From the NCBI GenBank assembly GCA_951406725.2, contig OX597815.1, positions 83,204,001 to 83,268,000 on the forward strand: a DNA stretch of 64,000 nucleotides. The letters are read 5' to 3'. Origin of the DNA: Octopus vulgaris. Taxonomy: Eukaryota. This document shows positions 14,071-27,879 of this stretch, in pieces (the first letter of the stretch is position 1; each line of letters opens with the position of its first letter). Made by a program: the position numbers and the translations under genes. Below the pieces are notes generated by a model. That model did not search any database, was not told the DNA's origin, and saw only the letters and a list, made by a program, of their open reading frames with translations.

Positions 14071-14961
14071 ACTGAGGTGGAATGCACAATGTTTGTAGGT
14101 TCTGCGTCTGCGGAGTCTAAGTCGATCTGCCACTCTGCAAAACTAAACAATGTTTTCTAACTATATGGTAGAAGGCTAGCAATTTTGAGACAAGGAGTTA
14201 GTCGATGCATTCGATCCAGTACTGACTGGTTTTATTCTATCACCCCAGGATAATTTATATACAATGTTGACCACGGCGGACCACTATTATATCAATGTTG
14301 ATCACAACTGGTTTTAACTATATAAATAGAAAATGTGAAAACGCTACTAAGTCATAATGTTTCTGCCAATCAATCATACAATGAAACTATCACTTTTTGG
14401 CCACAAAATCATGAGATGCTAAGACATGCATTCTAGTTAGCTAGAGAGTGCCATTTTACTTTGAATGCAAACGCAACAAATTTATATATAAATAATATTT
14501 TTCACCGTTGCAAGGGAATGATATCCAGAAACGCTTCTTAAGTGCCCTCACCTACACTTCCTTAGCATATAGCTCATTTATATGTTGCAAGAATTCACTC
14601 GTTTATCGATGCTGGATAGAGAAAATGATCGTTTCTCATTTAGACATAGAGCCACTAAATTTTAAGGGACAGATCATACGCTGTTCGCCGACGAAATAGC
14701 ATAGAAAGTCTTTTATTTTATCGACTGCTAATGGATAAAAATCAAAGGTGACATCGGGATTTGAATACCATCGGGATTTGAATACGACAATTTACTTATT
14801 CTTTCAATCTGCAGGCGTTACTGACTAGACCACAGTTGTGCCACGAAAATTGGATCCCGCATGAAGAATAATTCCTAATAAAAGTAAATTTCACAACTTA
14901 CATCAAGAATAACACTTTCACTATGTAGTTGCTCTATTTTCAGACCGTAATGTGTGTGCGG

Positions 14962-15019
<58 letters not shown>

Positions 15020-15208
15020 GTTATCGCCATACTAATATGGCATTCTTATAAAAATAAGAAAAAAGCTGTCCGCTTATTAGCTCCATGAGGCCATCGCCTT
15101 AAGTTAGCTATTTGATACACAAACTGTATCCATATAACCTTCGAACAAGGGAGGTCAGTCGCTCCACACTACTTGACCGGCAGCTACAGAGATTGTCGGA
15201 AGCGACAC

Positions 15209-15279
15209 CTACTGGCTGGCTACGCTGCATTGAAAAGGGGCAATACCCCGAAACGCGTCTGTAGCTGCCGGTCAAGTAG
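15209..15279 (+). ncRNA. Type I hammerhead ribozyme, U3:A8 core variant (copy 1); predicted cleavage after C15259
   Basis: Stem I GCUGCA(15224-29)/UGUAGC(15260-65); core UUGAAAA; stem II GGGG-CAAUA-CCCC; GAAA; palindromic stem III ACGCGU; GUC triplet; stem I extends GGCUGGC/GCCGGUC and CUACU/AGUAG past a UAC bulge. Confidence 0.88.
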
Positions 15280-15570
15280 TGTGGAGCGACTGACCTCCCT
15301 TGTTCGAAGGTTATATGGATACAGTTTGTGTATCAAATAGCTAACTTAAGGCGATGGCCTCATGGAGCTAATAAGCGGACATCTTTTTTCTTATTTTTAT
15401 AAGAATGCCATATTAGTATGGCGATAACTATTATTTTCCGGGAACGCTGCCGCTGTTCTCTTTTAGAGAGACTTAGTTATTTTAATATTTCTATTATTGA
15501 AAACAAGTGGATGTATTCCACCGAAACTAGGTAAATAAAACCATCGAACAGAGATTGTCGGAAGCGACAC

Positions 15571-15641
15571 CTACTGGCTGGCTACGCTGCATTGAAAAGG
15601 GGCAATACCCCGAAACGCGTCTGTAGCTGCCGGTCAAGTAG
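15571..15641 (+). ncRNA. Type I hammerhead ribozyme, U3:A8 core variant (copy 2); predicted cleavage after C15621
   Basis: Identical to copy 1, 362 bp downstream. Confidence 0.88.
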
Positions 15642-15853
15642 TGTGGAGCGACTGACCTCCCTTGTTCGAAGGTTATATGGATACAGTTTGTGTATGAAAT
15701 AGCTAACTTAAGGCGATGGCCTCATGGAGCTAATAAGCGGACAGCTTTTTTCTTATTTTTATAAGAATGCCATATTAGTATGGCGATAACTATTATTTTC
15801 CGGGAACGCTGCCGCTGTTCTCTTTTAGAGAGACTTAGTTATTTTAATATTTC

Positions 15854-15890
<37 letters not shown>

Positions 15891-15901
15891 CATATATACA
15901 T

Positions 15902-15960
<59 letters not shown>

Positions 15961-16551
15961 AAAACATACATATATATATATACATATATATATACATATA
16001 TTATATATATTACAATTTTTCACCCTCATTTTGATTTTAATTCTTAATTAATATTGTTCTCAAACCGGCGTTAACTACTGCAGTGAATTGTTTATGTGGT
16101 ATTTATATCCGAGAATTTGGCGCGCTAGACGAGGGCATTTGAATATAACTATGGATGTAATAGGCCGTACTGCTCGCATTTTTGGCCACGTGTTAATATA
16201 CGGCGTGCAGTTCGACAAATTATATTCTTTACACACTCTACTGACGATCTGCAAATTAATTGTGTAAATAAAATTGCATAATTTATTAACAATGAAACAA
16301 TTATATGGGGTTAATCTATATTTTTGTTATTTATCATTTGTCCTGCCCGCTTCCATTCATGGCGTGTTAAATTTTTTTCTTGAGAACAACTTTTAGTGGC
16401 TAGCGTAAGGGAGTTCACTTTTAGTGGATTCCCTCTCATATATGTATTAATAATATTTACTGAATCTCAGTTTTTTATATGCTAAACCATTGGTGTTAAA
16501 CTAATATTATTAAATTAATATCCAATTGTTCATCCTCATTTTGATTATACA

Positions 16552-16614
<63 letters not shown>

Positions 16615-16633
16615 CATATATATATATACATAT

Positions 16634-16681
<48 letters not shown>

Positions 16682-17374
16682 GTAATTACTTATGTCTTAT
16701 ATTTATATATATATATATATATACAAATATCTGCATATATATGTGTGTGTGTGTGTGCGTATATATATATATGTGTATATTTTCACGTATGTATGCATAC
16801 ATTTATGGATGTGTGTATGAGTGTATGTATCTAATGGTACATACGCAAAATAAGGACACCGAGTCACACAATAGGATTTTAAATATGCGTTCTTTTCATT
16901 CTTTCTTCTTTTCAGTGATTTTTTCTTTCTCTGCTCGTTTCAGATATTCGTTTCCTATTTGTCATCGGTTTTGACATCTCCTTCGTTACACCTTTTGATC
17001 TGACTTTCCCTCCACCGCTGGCTGTTGTCTACTAATAATCTTTCACACAAATACAAAACTTAATACCGTCCCCCATTAGCTTATACATTCGCAAAGATCC
17101 ATGATCCTCCCTCACCTACCGATATAATACTCTATCAATAAAACACCCTTCTATGTATGAATATTTCTGTATACACACTCACAGACACACATATATATAT
17201 ACATACACACGCGCGCAAACACACACATACAAACATATACATATATGTTTGCGTACATGTTTGTGCGCGTGTACTTCAATGTCTATTTGTGTGCGTAAAG
17301 CCAGACATACATTACATGTGAACGTATTTACATATATATGTATGCACATACACACGCACTCGCACACACACATA

Positions 17375-18088
17375 CAGTGTGCGATGGGTAAATTGTTTCC
17401 AATTTATATTTTAATTTCGCTAACGTTCTTTTGTCTTAGATTTTGTCCACTACACAGTATAGTAGAGTCAGTTGGGCACCATCTCTGAGAAAAACAGTAC
17501 CATAACGCAATCGCTCTTCCAGACTGCTGTATTGCTTGGTATTAGTGCCGGAAATTCTAATACGAATTTTTTCGAAGTGTTTGGGTGTGAATCTGAGGAC
17601 AGTGCATTCTGAGAACATGTACCGAAAATGATAAAAATCAAACATGCAGTCAACATCATACTGTTTAGTCATCACTAGTGATGGCGACGTCATGCCTCCA
17701 TTTAGCTTCCCTTACGGCATCATACTCAACACCGAGGCCTACAAGAAGTGCCAGGAGGAGGCAGTGGTGCCCTGGATCAAGAGAGTGGCTGCTGGAAGAC
17801 CCTGTGTCTGCCAACATGAATTTGCGTCATTCCACACAAGCAGGAGTCCCTACTTGTGACTGTCAGACAATTTATGCATCCACATCACCCCTAACATCTG
17901 GGCAACTAACTCCCCAATCTGCAACCCTTTGATTATTGTGTATGGCGCAGTTGAGTGAGAGACCAAGAAAACTCCTTGTAACACCAACTAATAGCAAAGA
18001 TTATGGGTGCGTTCATCAATTCAAACAAGGAGACCACCCAGAAGAGTTGCAGGAGATTCCGAAGTCGTCTGGTGGGCATGGCTGAAGC

Positions 18089-18090
<2 letters not shown>
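17375..18090 (+). mobile_element. Internally deleted Tc1/mariner DD37D (maT-type) transposon relic
   Basis: TA|cagtgtgcgatgggtaaattgt terminus; SDGDVMPPFSFPYGIILNTEAY...VVPWIKRVAAGRP...HITPNIWATNSPICNPFDY matches the maT catalytic region (WPPNSPDxNPLDY). Confidence 0.85.
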
Positions 18091-18152
<62 letters not shown>

Positions 18153-18223
18153 CTGTGTGTGTGTGTGTGTGTGTGAGTGTGCGTAAATGTTGAAATTAAT
18201 TAGTAAACAATAATATGGTAATT

Positions 18224-18500
18224 AATTGCAGCGTGGAAGGTGTTTGCAAGCCATTTAAGAAATTTTCGTCGCTTTAAGACCGCAACCTGTTCACTGACAA
18301 AACGAATTTTTGTCAGTGAACAGGTCGCGGTCTTAAAGCGACGAAAATATTCTGACAAATTAAACTTAATTGATGAAGTGAATCGAACGGCTTTTGTGTG
18401 TTTCTTAAATGGCTTACAAACACCTTCCACGCTGCAATTGTTTTCGTTTCAGCACGCGATCTCAGATCAAATCACTAGCTATGCAAGTACATCTCTGTAA
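18224..18500 (+). mobile_element. Penelope-like pseudo-LTR fragment with nested inverted repeats
   Basis: Outer inverted repeat 18224-18262/18401-18439; inner 41-bp hairpin 18262-18302/18308-18348; carries an HHR. Confidence 0.75.
18309..18359 (+). ncRNA. Type I hammerhead ribozyme, G3:C8 core variant; predicted cleavage after C18352
   Basis: Stem I UUUGUCA/UGACAAA (7 bp); core GUGAACA plus one extra G; stem II GUCGC-GGUCUUAAA-GCGAC; GAAA; palindromic stem III AAUAUU; UUC triplet. Confidence 0.75.
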
Positions 18501-18671
18501 TATGGTAATTGACAATATGGAACACGATAATTGATACAGAGCAGGATGGATGTAATCAGTTTGTAAGGATTGATCCTTCGTTGATTGCCATTATGTAAAG
18601 ATGAAAGAACAGTGATTGACGTCGTGAAAAAAATATTTATTTTACCGTTACATTATACAATACCTTGCCTC

Positions 18672-18746
<75 letters not shown>

Positions 18747-18796
18747 GTCTCTCTCTCTCTGTATATATATATATATATTTATATATACACACAGAG

Positions 18797-18835
<39 letters not shown>

Positions 18836-18984
18836 CGTGTATGTGTGAGTGTACGCGTGTATGTACATTTACATATACACATATATATTTACATATGTAT
18901 AATATATTCACGTAAGTAGTTATACTTATATGCATATTTACATTTATTCCTAATTATAGATATATCAGTAAGTATGTGCGTGTG

Positions 18985-19209
<225 letters not shown>

Positions 19210-19210
19210 T

Positions 19211-19242
<32 letters not shown>

Positions 19243-19570
19243 GTTACTTTTCTACTTCTTTTAGTCATTTGACTGCGGCCATGCAGCCGCAATCGCTTTG
19301 AATGATCTTAGTTGAAGAAATCAACAATAGAATTTATATTTTAAGCGGTGGTGGGACACAGGCACATACACAGTCACACGCACATAGATATATGCGCATA
19401 TATTTATATCTATTTGTGTATCTATCTGTCTATATATTTATATATTTATATATATATATATAAATATTTATATATTTATATATACAAGTAGAGACACTTA
19501 CCTAAGGTGGCACGCAGTGGAACTGAACTCGGATCCATGGATTTGGGAAGCAAACTTCTTAACACGCAGC
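19243..19570 (-). mobile_element. Degenerate SINE family A
   Basis: agtcatttgactgcggccatgc tail and ggtggcacgcagtggaactgaac head. Confidence 0.75.
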
Positions 19571-19609
19571 TAGGCTTATATATATATGTGTGTGTGTGTG
19601 TGTTTGTAT

Positions 19610-19812
19610 TCTTTATTCTTTTATTTATTTCAGTCATTTGCCTACGGTCATGCTGGAGCACCGCCTTTAGTGTAACAAATAGACACCAGGATTAATTCTT
19701 TGTGAGCCTACTACTTATCCTACCGGTGGCTTTTATCGAGCTGCTAATTCACGGTGACATAAACACACCAACATCTGTTGTTAAGCGATGATGGGGGACA
19801 AACATAGACATA
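19610..19812 (-). mobile_element. SINE family A 3' half
   Basis: tttcagtcatttgcctacggtcatgctggagcaccgcc ... aaacacaccaacatc ... gcgatgatgggggacaaac. Confidence 0.8.
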
Positions 19813-20974
19813 CAAGCATACACACACATATATATTATATACACATACATATAAATACACACACAAGTATGTATATATGTATATATATATATATATGTAT
19901 ATATAGTAGATTCTGTTCAAAACTATATGAGTGCATATTTTCACATATTTACATGCGTGCATGTGCATATATATATATATATATATACGTATGTATGTAT
20001 GTATATGCACGTGCACGCATGTAAATACGTGAAAATATACACTCATATTGTTTTGAACAGAATCTACTACTACACTTACGTACCAGACAAACATATTTAG
20101 GTCATGCCATTTCCCTATTTCTCATTGTCCTTTTGTAGCTGTTCCGTCCATTATTTGATATGACAACATTCTTGCAAACCTTGTATGCCATTTGTTATAA
20201 CGCTTTCCCTTCTTAGCGGATAATGCTTTAAACAACATAATAATCTATCACTCACATTCGCTAACAAATCAATGCATCAATTCAGAAAATACGTGATCAT
20301 ATATTTCAGATACATGCATCAATGTGTCTGTGTGTAATATAAATGTACGCATTTGCATATCTGTTTGTACGTATGTATGTGTGTGTGCGTGTGTGTGTGT
20401 GACTGTGTGTGTGTATAAAGATATGTAAATATATAAAGATATTTAAAGATATGTATGCGTGCATGCATGGATCAATTTATGAATGATACTTCGTCCTCTT
20501 TATGCGAACACCATCAGTATTCTGTACAAATCGGATATCGGATTTTCCCTCCATGCTCTTCCTTTGTAGCTCCTCCCGATTTCCGCCTTTCGCTGTTCCT
20601 CCTTAGTTTTCTGCCCCTCTCTCAACTTACAAGTTTTGATGTTCGACCTTCCTCACCAAACTATACACATGCACGTATATATCTATCTAGATTTATATAT
20701 GTGCGTTTGCATGAGTGTGTATGCATGTATATATACACGTATGTATATACATGTATGCATATATCTATATATGTATCTATGTATGTATATATATATATAT
20801 GTATTTATGTGTGTATATATATATATGTGTGTGTGTGTGTGGGTGTGTTTGTGTGTATAAATGTATATATATAATATATAGTTATATATATACATTTATA
20901 TTTATATATATACATATATAAATATTTATATATACATATACATATACATATATATATATATATATATATGCATG

Positions 20975-21015
<41 letters not shown>

Positions 21016-21869
21016 GCGAAGAAAGAAAAACGTGGTGTATATATACATCAGGATACAGAGAGCGACTGAGAAGGAAAGGGAGAGAAATAGAGGAAAGCTT
21101 GCAATCTACTTTAAAGGAATGCACAAACCTACACACATCTACAAAAATAATACCAATGTAATATGATTGATGAAGTGTTCTCGACGTATTTTGAATATTT
21201 ACCGTTAGATTTATACATAGTCGAACGCTTATTTTGTTAGTGATCAATGTGTATTTATTTTAGCTTTGTACAGACTTATGGCTATTGATTTCGTTATTAA
21301 TCGTCCATTTTTGTGTAAAAGTTTGGCATAAGACGTACGTGCGCATTGTTTACCAATATTTATGTACCCTGCTTTGCTTTATATTCTGTTATGCAGTGCA
21401 TTGTAATTATGTATTTTTGTCAGTTCATAGCGACCCGGTGATGAAAATCCAAACGTTTATGAAAAAATATCGCTGTTATCATGAAGATTACAATGTTTGG
21501 TTTTCCACATTATATTGTTGATAGCAGTCAGCAATCTAGACTCTATTGTGAGTTTCAAAATGAGGAAGCAGGATGTTTGAACATTACTGTTCCGAAAAAC
21601 CTACGGGAGAATCATAAAATATAAGTAAAAATTATAAATAAACGGGCATATTACTAAAACTAGAAGAACGCAGCAGTTTGTTCATAAAAACATTTATAAA
21701 CGAAGAGTTGTTCCTCTTAAATGCTACTGTAAAATCTATTAACTATATATTACATACACATATACTATATACACATATACTATATACATTTCTGAATCTG
21801 TCTATTTATTACTCCATATTTCTATCTATTTATCAGTCTGTCTGTCTATCTATTTATCTCTCTCTCTCT

Positions 21870-21947
<78 letters not shown>

Positions 21948-22298
21948 GCATTGAAGCAATTTGAGTAAACGATCCGTACTAACACAGATACCACCTATAT
22001 TTTTATGAAGAAACAAGCACCAGCTGGAATATACAATTTCTTATAAGTGGATGTCATACAATCTTCTTCGAGAACATACTCATTTGCTTGAATGCACAGC
22101 CAATGTAAACTATTGAATTCTTTGTATTATCCGAAGATCTTTCACTGAATTTCGTTTATATTAATATCGACAATTAAAGTTTTATATCGATACAATTTGT
22201 ATTTTGCATGAAGAGGCCGAATTATATATTTTCTACCCAACGATTATGCATAAAACGGTAGCAACTTTATAATTCATTCTATATTGCATTTATATACA

Positions 22299-23523
22299 CA
22301 GGGTCTTGCAAATAAATTGATAAAAATTTTAAGCAGTTGGGTTTATGTTAGATTAATATTTCATTTTTGATAAAACCTCGCTTGCTCAAAAATATAATCC
22401 TCTTCTTTATTTTTCTGGTAAATAGCGAACAACAGAATCATTCCGCCATTGTTGTTTTGGCGCACGCTGGGCACACTGCCAATACAATTGTTAAGTTGAC
22501 GAAACTTCCAAAAGCAACAGTTTATCGTGTGTATCAACAATTTAAGAAGGAAAGATTGATAGAAAAGAATACAAGACACGAAGTCATTCCGAGAGCAATC
22601 TAAAGCTTCTCTCTGGCATCAAATGTTCGACTGAAGCCAACCCATCGACATCCATGACAACTATTGCAAAGAAATGTAAGGTATTCCTTTCATCGGTGTC
22701 CAAAGCTTTGTACAGGAACTGTAGCATAACTAGTTATTTCAACAACACCATCATCGACTAACAGCCAAAGCAATCGAAACCGAGAAATGCCCAAAGTTTC
22801 TGTCATTCATCAAGCATCAAGGTGCAGGAAAAACTCTCCTGTTTGTGGACGAGAAGATGTTTACTGTGAACGCTGAGATGAATCGCAGTAATTCTCAACT
22901 GATTGAAAACAAACCTGTGTTTGTAACTAAGAATCCTGCCTCTGTGATATATTTAGAGCCGTGGCTAGCGAAGGACCTCTCATGGATCCACACTTCATTT
23001 GGTCTGGCACAAAGGAGTATCTGGACATTCTGAAGAACTCTCTGTTACATTGGCTGGAGCAGAGCAGAAGTTTGTCTTGACTACGTAGTGCTTATCCAGG
23101 ATTCCGCACCATGCCATGTTTCAAAAGCAACACATGTCTTCCTTGGTGAGCAGGTGCCATTTCTTGTGAGGGCCAACATCAGGCCCAGTAATAGCCCAGA
23201 TCTCAAACTTCTCGATTACTTTTTATGTTGCGTACTTCAACCAAGGACCAATGCTTCACCACACTCGAATGTCAATAGTTTGAAGACCTGCATCGTGCGT
23301 GCGACACGCCAAATGAAAAAGATGAAGGTTGCTGCAGCTGCAAAATGATTACATTCGCGTATGGAGGAAGTGATTACGCAAAAGGACGGCTATATTATGT
23401 CATAAATGTTTTTGTTGTAATAAATGCTACATTAAAATTATATCTGTTTACAACAATTATTTTAGTATTTATAACCAGTTTTACGCATCGTAAAGATTGT
23501 CTCAATTCATCTGCAAGACCCTG
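22299..23523 (+). mobile_element. Near full-length Tc1/mariner DD37D (maT) transposon, inactivated
   Basis: TIRs cagggtcttgcaaataaattga / cagggtcttgcagatgaattga (reverse complement); HTH AIVVLAHAGHTANTIVKLTKLPKATVYRV; FVDEKMF; QDSAPCH...SPDLKLLDY with exactly 37 residues between the last two D; frameshifts. Confidence 0.92.
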
Positions 23524-24521
23524 TATATATTTGGGGATGTTCATTTGTTTTTCCTTTTGACAAATAGCTACACACACTATATATTCGTTCTTCACTTCAG
23601 ATTTATTATGACTATATTAGTTTCTATTTTAATATCTATTGTCTAAAATCTTTCATCACCCATCCGGTGACCTCCTCAGCGACTCTCCATCCCACATGGA
23701 GAGGTGTGTATCCTTATTTGCACATGCGTTTGCGTCTATATTTGCGTGTCTGTATTTAGTATGTGTGCTTTGCCAGCGTGTATATGGGTTTACTTACTAC
23801 ACTGTTTGTACCTGCGTCATTATTTAGCTGTTTTTTATATACGTCATTATTTAGCTGTTTTTTATAGATGTTTCTTCCTTTTTTCATTTCTTCTTAAGTA
23901 TTTATATCTGGCTTTGTGTCTGTGCTTATGGGTTTCTGTATTATACTGTCTGTAACTATGTCTATTTTTCTCTCGTTCTGTCTGTAGTCGTCATGTTGCC
24001 TAGTTTGGTGGAGGGGTGCTCTGTTCCATGAATGGAGCTACAACAACAGTAATACACATCCACCACTGTACGTAACATGACTTATCCGACTTCGTATTTT
24101 CGTATAAATCTTATTGTCAATTTAAAATTATTATATTTCATATTATCCGACTTGCTTTCGTGATAGAGTTCCAGCATTTTCACCGCATGCTTATTACGTA
24201 GCAAATTTCACATTCCATTTTTTATTGTCGCCTGAAAACCAGAAGCGAGAAACACATTTTGAATTTTCAAAGGCCGGTAAATTATATATCACTACTATCT
24301 GTATTGGGAATATTCTTTCCAGTCTCATATTTACATTCTAGTTGTAATGCCACACATACACACAAATGCAAAAATACGCTTTCTCATACACATATAGGCA
24401 TGGATATGTATATGCATACATATATTACATACGTATGTATGAATCTATGTATGTACGTATGTATTCATGCATGCATTCATGCATGCATGTGTGCATGTAT
24501 GTATGTATGCTTGTATGTATG

Positions 24522-24555
<34 letters not shown>

Positions 24556-24692
24556 TGTATGTATGTATGTATGTATGTATGTGTGTATGTATGTATGTAA
24601 TTATGTATGTGTGGCTTGTATGCGCAATAATGTGATACTTGCAGGAGATTAAAGCATATAAAATTCCGCAGTTGGTATCTCCAGGAAAATAT

Positions 24693-24750
24693 TCTTTTAT
24701 TCTTTTATTGGTTCATTCATTTGACTGCAGCCATGCTGGAGCACCGCTTT
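24693..24750 (-). mobile_element. SINE family A tail only
   Basis: catttgactgcagccatgctggagcaccgc. Confidence 0.7.
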
Positions 24751-25904
24751 GAATACATAACTTTATTATACAAGTTATCGTAATTAAATCAGCTATTATT
24801 ATTAACTTGAATAAATCTATCCTTTTGGTGCCCTTAGAATAATTTTGACACCCAACCCATTCCAAAATAAATTATGAAAAAATTCACATATATAATGAAG
24901 TATGTTGTATTTTCTATACCTAAATAATACAAGACAAAAGAGAGTATGCATGTGTACATATATATGTATATACATACAAATATATGTACATAAATACATA
25001 TGTATCTATATATGCATATATGTCTGTATGCATGTATATATAACTGAAAGGATTCAGTTTTTTATGCAACGTTCATCAATGCTTGTGAATATACAATATA
25101 TATATAATAGGAAATTGTTCTTCAGATAGCAAGCACCTGCACTAAGATAGTTACTTGTTGTAACAGGTAATTGTTCGGTAGAGTCGAGGTTTATATCTTA
25201 TATATAGTCAATGCCAAATTTTCCTGAGAACGTCTGCGCAGTCTATTGACCTGCTAGGAATAGCAACTAAATCTTCTTCAAATTTCAGCCAACCACCTTA
25301 AGCAAGAAAGTACATACTGTACAATATTGAGATGGATGTATCAAGGAATATCTCTGATCGTAGAAAATCAGTAGAAGTTAAAATTTTCAACAGTATTTAC
25401 AACAATCTAAAGTATAGATATATCAGACAAAAATTGGTGAAAACGATGAAATTTGACATCTCGGAAACAAACTGAAGAACTGAAACGGTCTGAGATGTTA
25501 CTGACTTGATAACACACGCCTTAATTGTAGGAATTTATTATCTTGTTGCATGTTATTCAATTTCTTGGTTTTTGAAGATAGTAGAATATGAATTGGGTGG
25601 TATCCAGCAGATATCCTTCATCATATGAAATGTGCTGCCCTACTGGTTGTGGTTCAACCTGGACTCAGCTTTGATTAAGCAAAACTATGATCAAATGACT
25701 CCAAGTATAATTCTATCGTCTTATGATTTTCACGGGATTGTTTTATGTAATGGGTTAGTTAATTTTCTTCTCGTTTGTTAGATGGTCATGTATATGAATT
25801 TGCTTAGGGAAATTTTGAATATTCTCATATGAAGTGGAAAATGTCACACAGCAAATTTCGTTACGTTATGAATAACATCTAGTCAGTGTATAACTATCTC
25901 TCCT

Positions 25905-26100
25905 CCTATAGGCAGAAGGCCTCAGATTTGGGGAATGGAGATTAGTCAATTTCATCGACTCCAGTGCTCGTTGTGTACCTATTTTATCGACCTTAAAATC
26001 ATGAAAGGCAATGTCGAGTACGGTGGAATTTCATCTCATCATATTGTCCTACCAAGCATATTGTCCGGCTTGCTAATACTTCTATCTGCTCTCCACCTTT
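25905..26100 (-). mobile_element. SINE family B, diverged
   Basis: catcgactccagtgc...tacctattttatcgacc...atgaaaggcaatgtcga...ggaattt is the reverse complement of 54131-54338. Confidence 0.75.
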
Positions 26101-26974
26101 AGCCAGAGTATAATAATATTATAGATAAATTATACCATCTTTCCATAATGGAAGTTATTTAAAGCTCACAGTTGTATTTAGTCCTTTCTAGGTTGCATTC
26201 AATTCATGACATATAGGTAAAAATTATTGGTTAAAACCCCTCATATGTTATGTGAATAACAAAGAATAATGTTTTCAGAAATGTTATCTCCAAGTATTGT
26301 AACTTATATATGGTCATTTGATCTTTAGATATTCTTCAGAAAAATTTATACTTATGAAAGAAATTATATATATTTCATGGTTCCTTATTAACTTCAAATA
26401 ATCTTATAGGATTCGAAATAACCATGGTATTCTATTGGGTAGCATTAGTTTGTAATATTGCCCTAATCTAAGAACTTAATATAGTCGCTACGAACAGAGC
26501 AACAAGAGTGTAGACTATTGGGTCTAAGTTATGGATGCAGTATTTTTGATATGTGTCTTTACGTCGAAATCTCGCTTGTACTGAGATTTATTTCCATTCT
26601 ATAGTTCCCATGAAATAAGGAAATTATATGCAGCTTTCTACATGGTTATAGATATCTATGGATCGTTTCCCTTCCTTCTAATTTCATATCGTACCGGGAT
26701 TGATTGTGTCGTTAAACATTCCCTCTCATGTACTGCAATGCATCCAGCTTACTTTACCTTCTCTTCAAATACACTTTCAAGCATCGTTAATGACATACAT
26801 CGTAAGTATCTATTGTTAATGCTTTGATTTTATTATGTCAGTTACTTGCCGTTACGTTTTGTGTATTAAATGTTCGATGAAATATATTGTGAATCAAAAG
26901 TAGTGGACGTCAATCAATGTTAGAAATCTTAATTAAAAGATATTCTTGTTATATTTTCTGGAAACTTTTGTTAT

Positions 26975-27492
<518 letters not shown>

Positions 27493-27879
27493 GTTGGTGA
27501 ATGCTAGTTAGTTAGCAGATATTTTATCATGTAATTTGGTGGCAACAAGGTTCTTCAAAACTCAAAAACCCTTTCAGGATCTTCACAGTCTCCTTATATA
27601 GGATTCATAGACTGGGAACCGACCACTGGAAGCTGAAGGTCTCTCTCCTGATGCGAAGAAACCGGATCAGCGAACTCGCCAAGAGACATCTGACGAGAGC
27701 AATATTCAACAAACAAGACGTGAGTAATCCTGAAGAGGGCACTTAAATATGAGTCCATAGCAATTAGTAAAGAGCATGTGATAGAGAGAAATATATTAGA
27801 AGAAGACCCACTTAGTAAAGAAGAGGAAGAGGCAATTAGAAGTGGCATTGTGACCAGTGTATTAGCAGGAAGAATTAAC

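Larger units (their letters stand above)
15014..15859 (+). mobile_element. Young non-coding Penelope-like/retrozyme element: 177-bp inverted arm plus 1.86 direct copies of a 362-bp HHR-bearing unit, inserted in (TA)n
   Basis: 15014-15190 is the reverse complement of 15258-15434 (1 mismatch seen); 15186-15497 repeats at 15548-15859 (period 362, 2 mismatches seen); (TA)n on both sides; inverted 5' segment plus tandem pseudo-LTR is the PLE insertion signature. Confidence 0.9.

Noticed and set aside
25455-25499. CUGAAGA-ACU-GAAACGGUC hammerhead-like motif
   Set aside because: No stem II and the candidate stem I is out of register by 8 nt; chance match or unrecoverable relic
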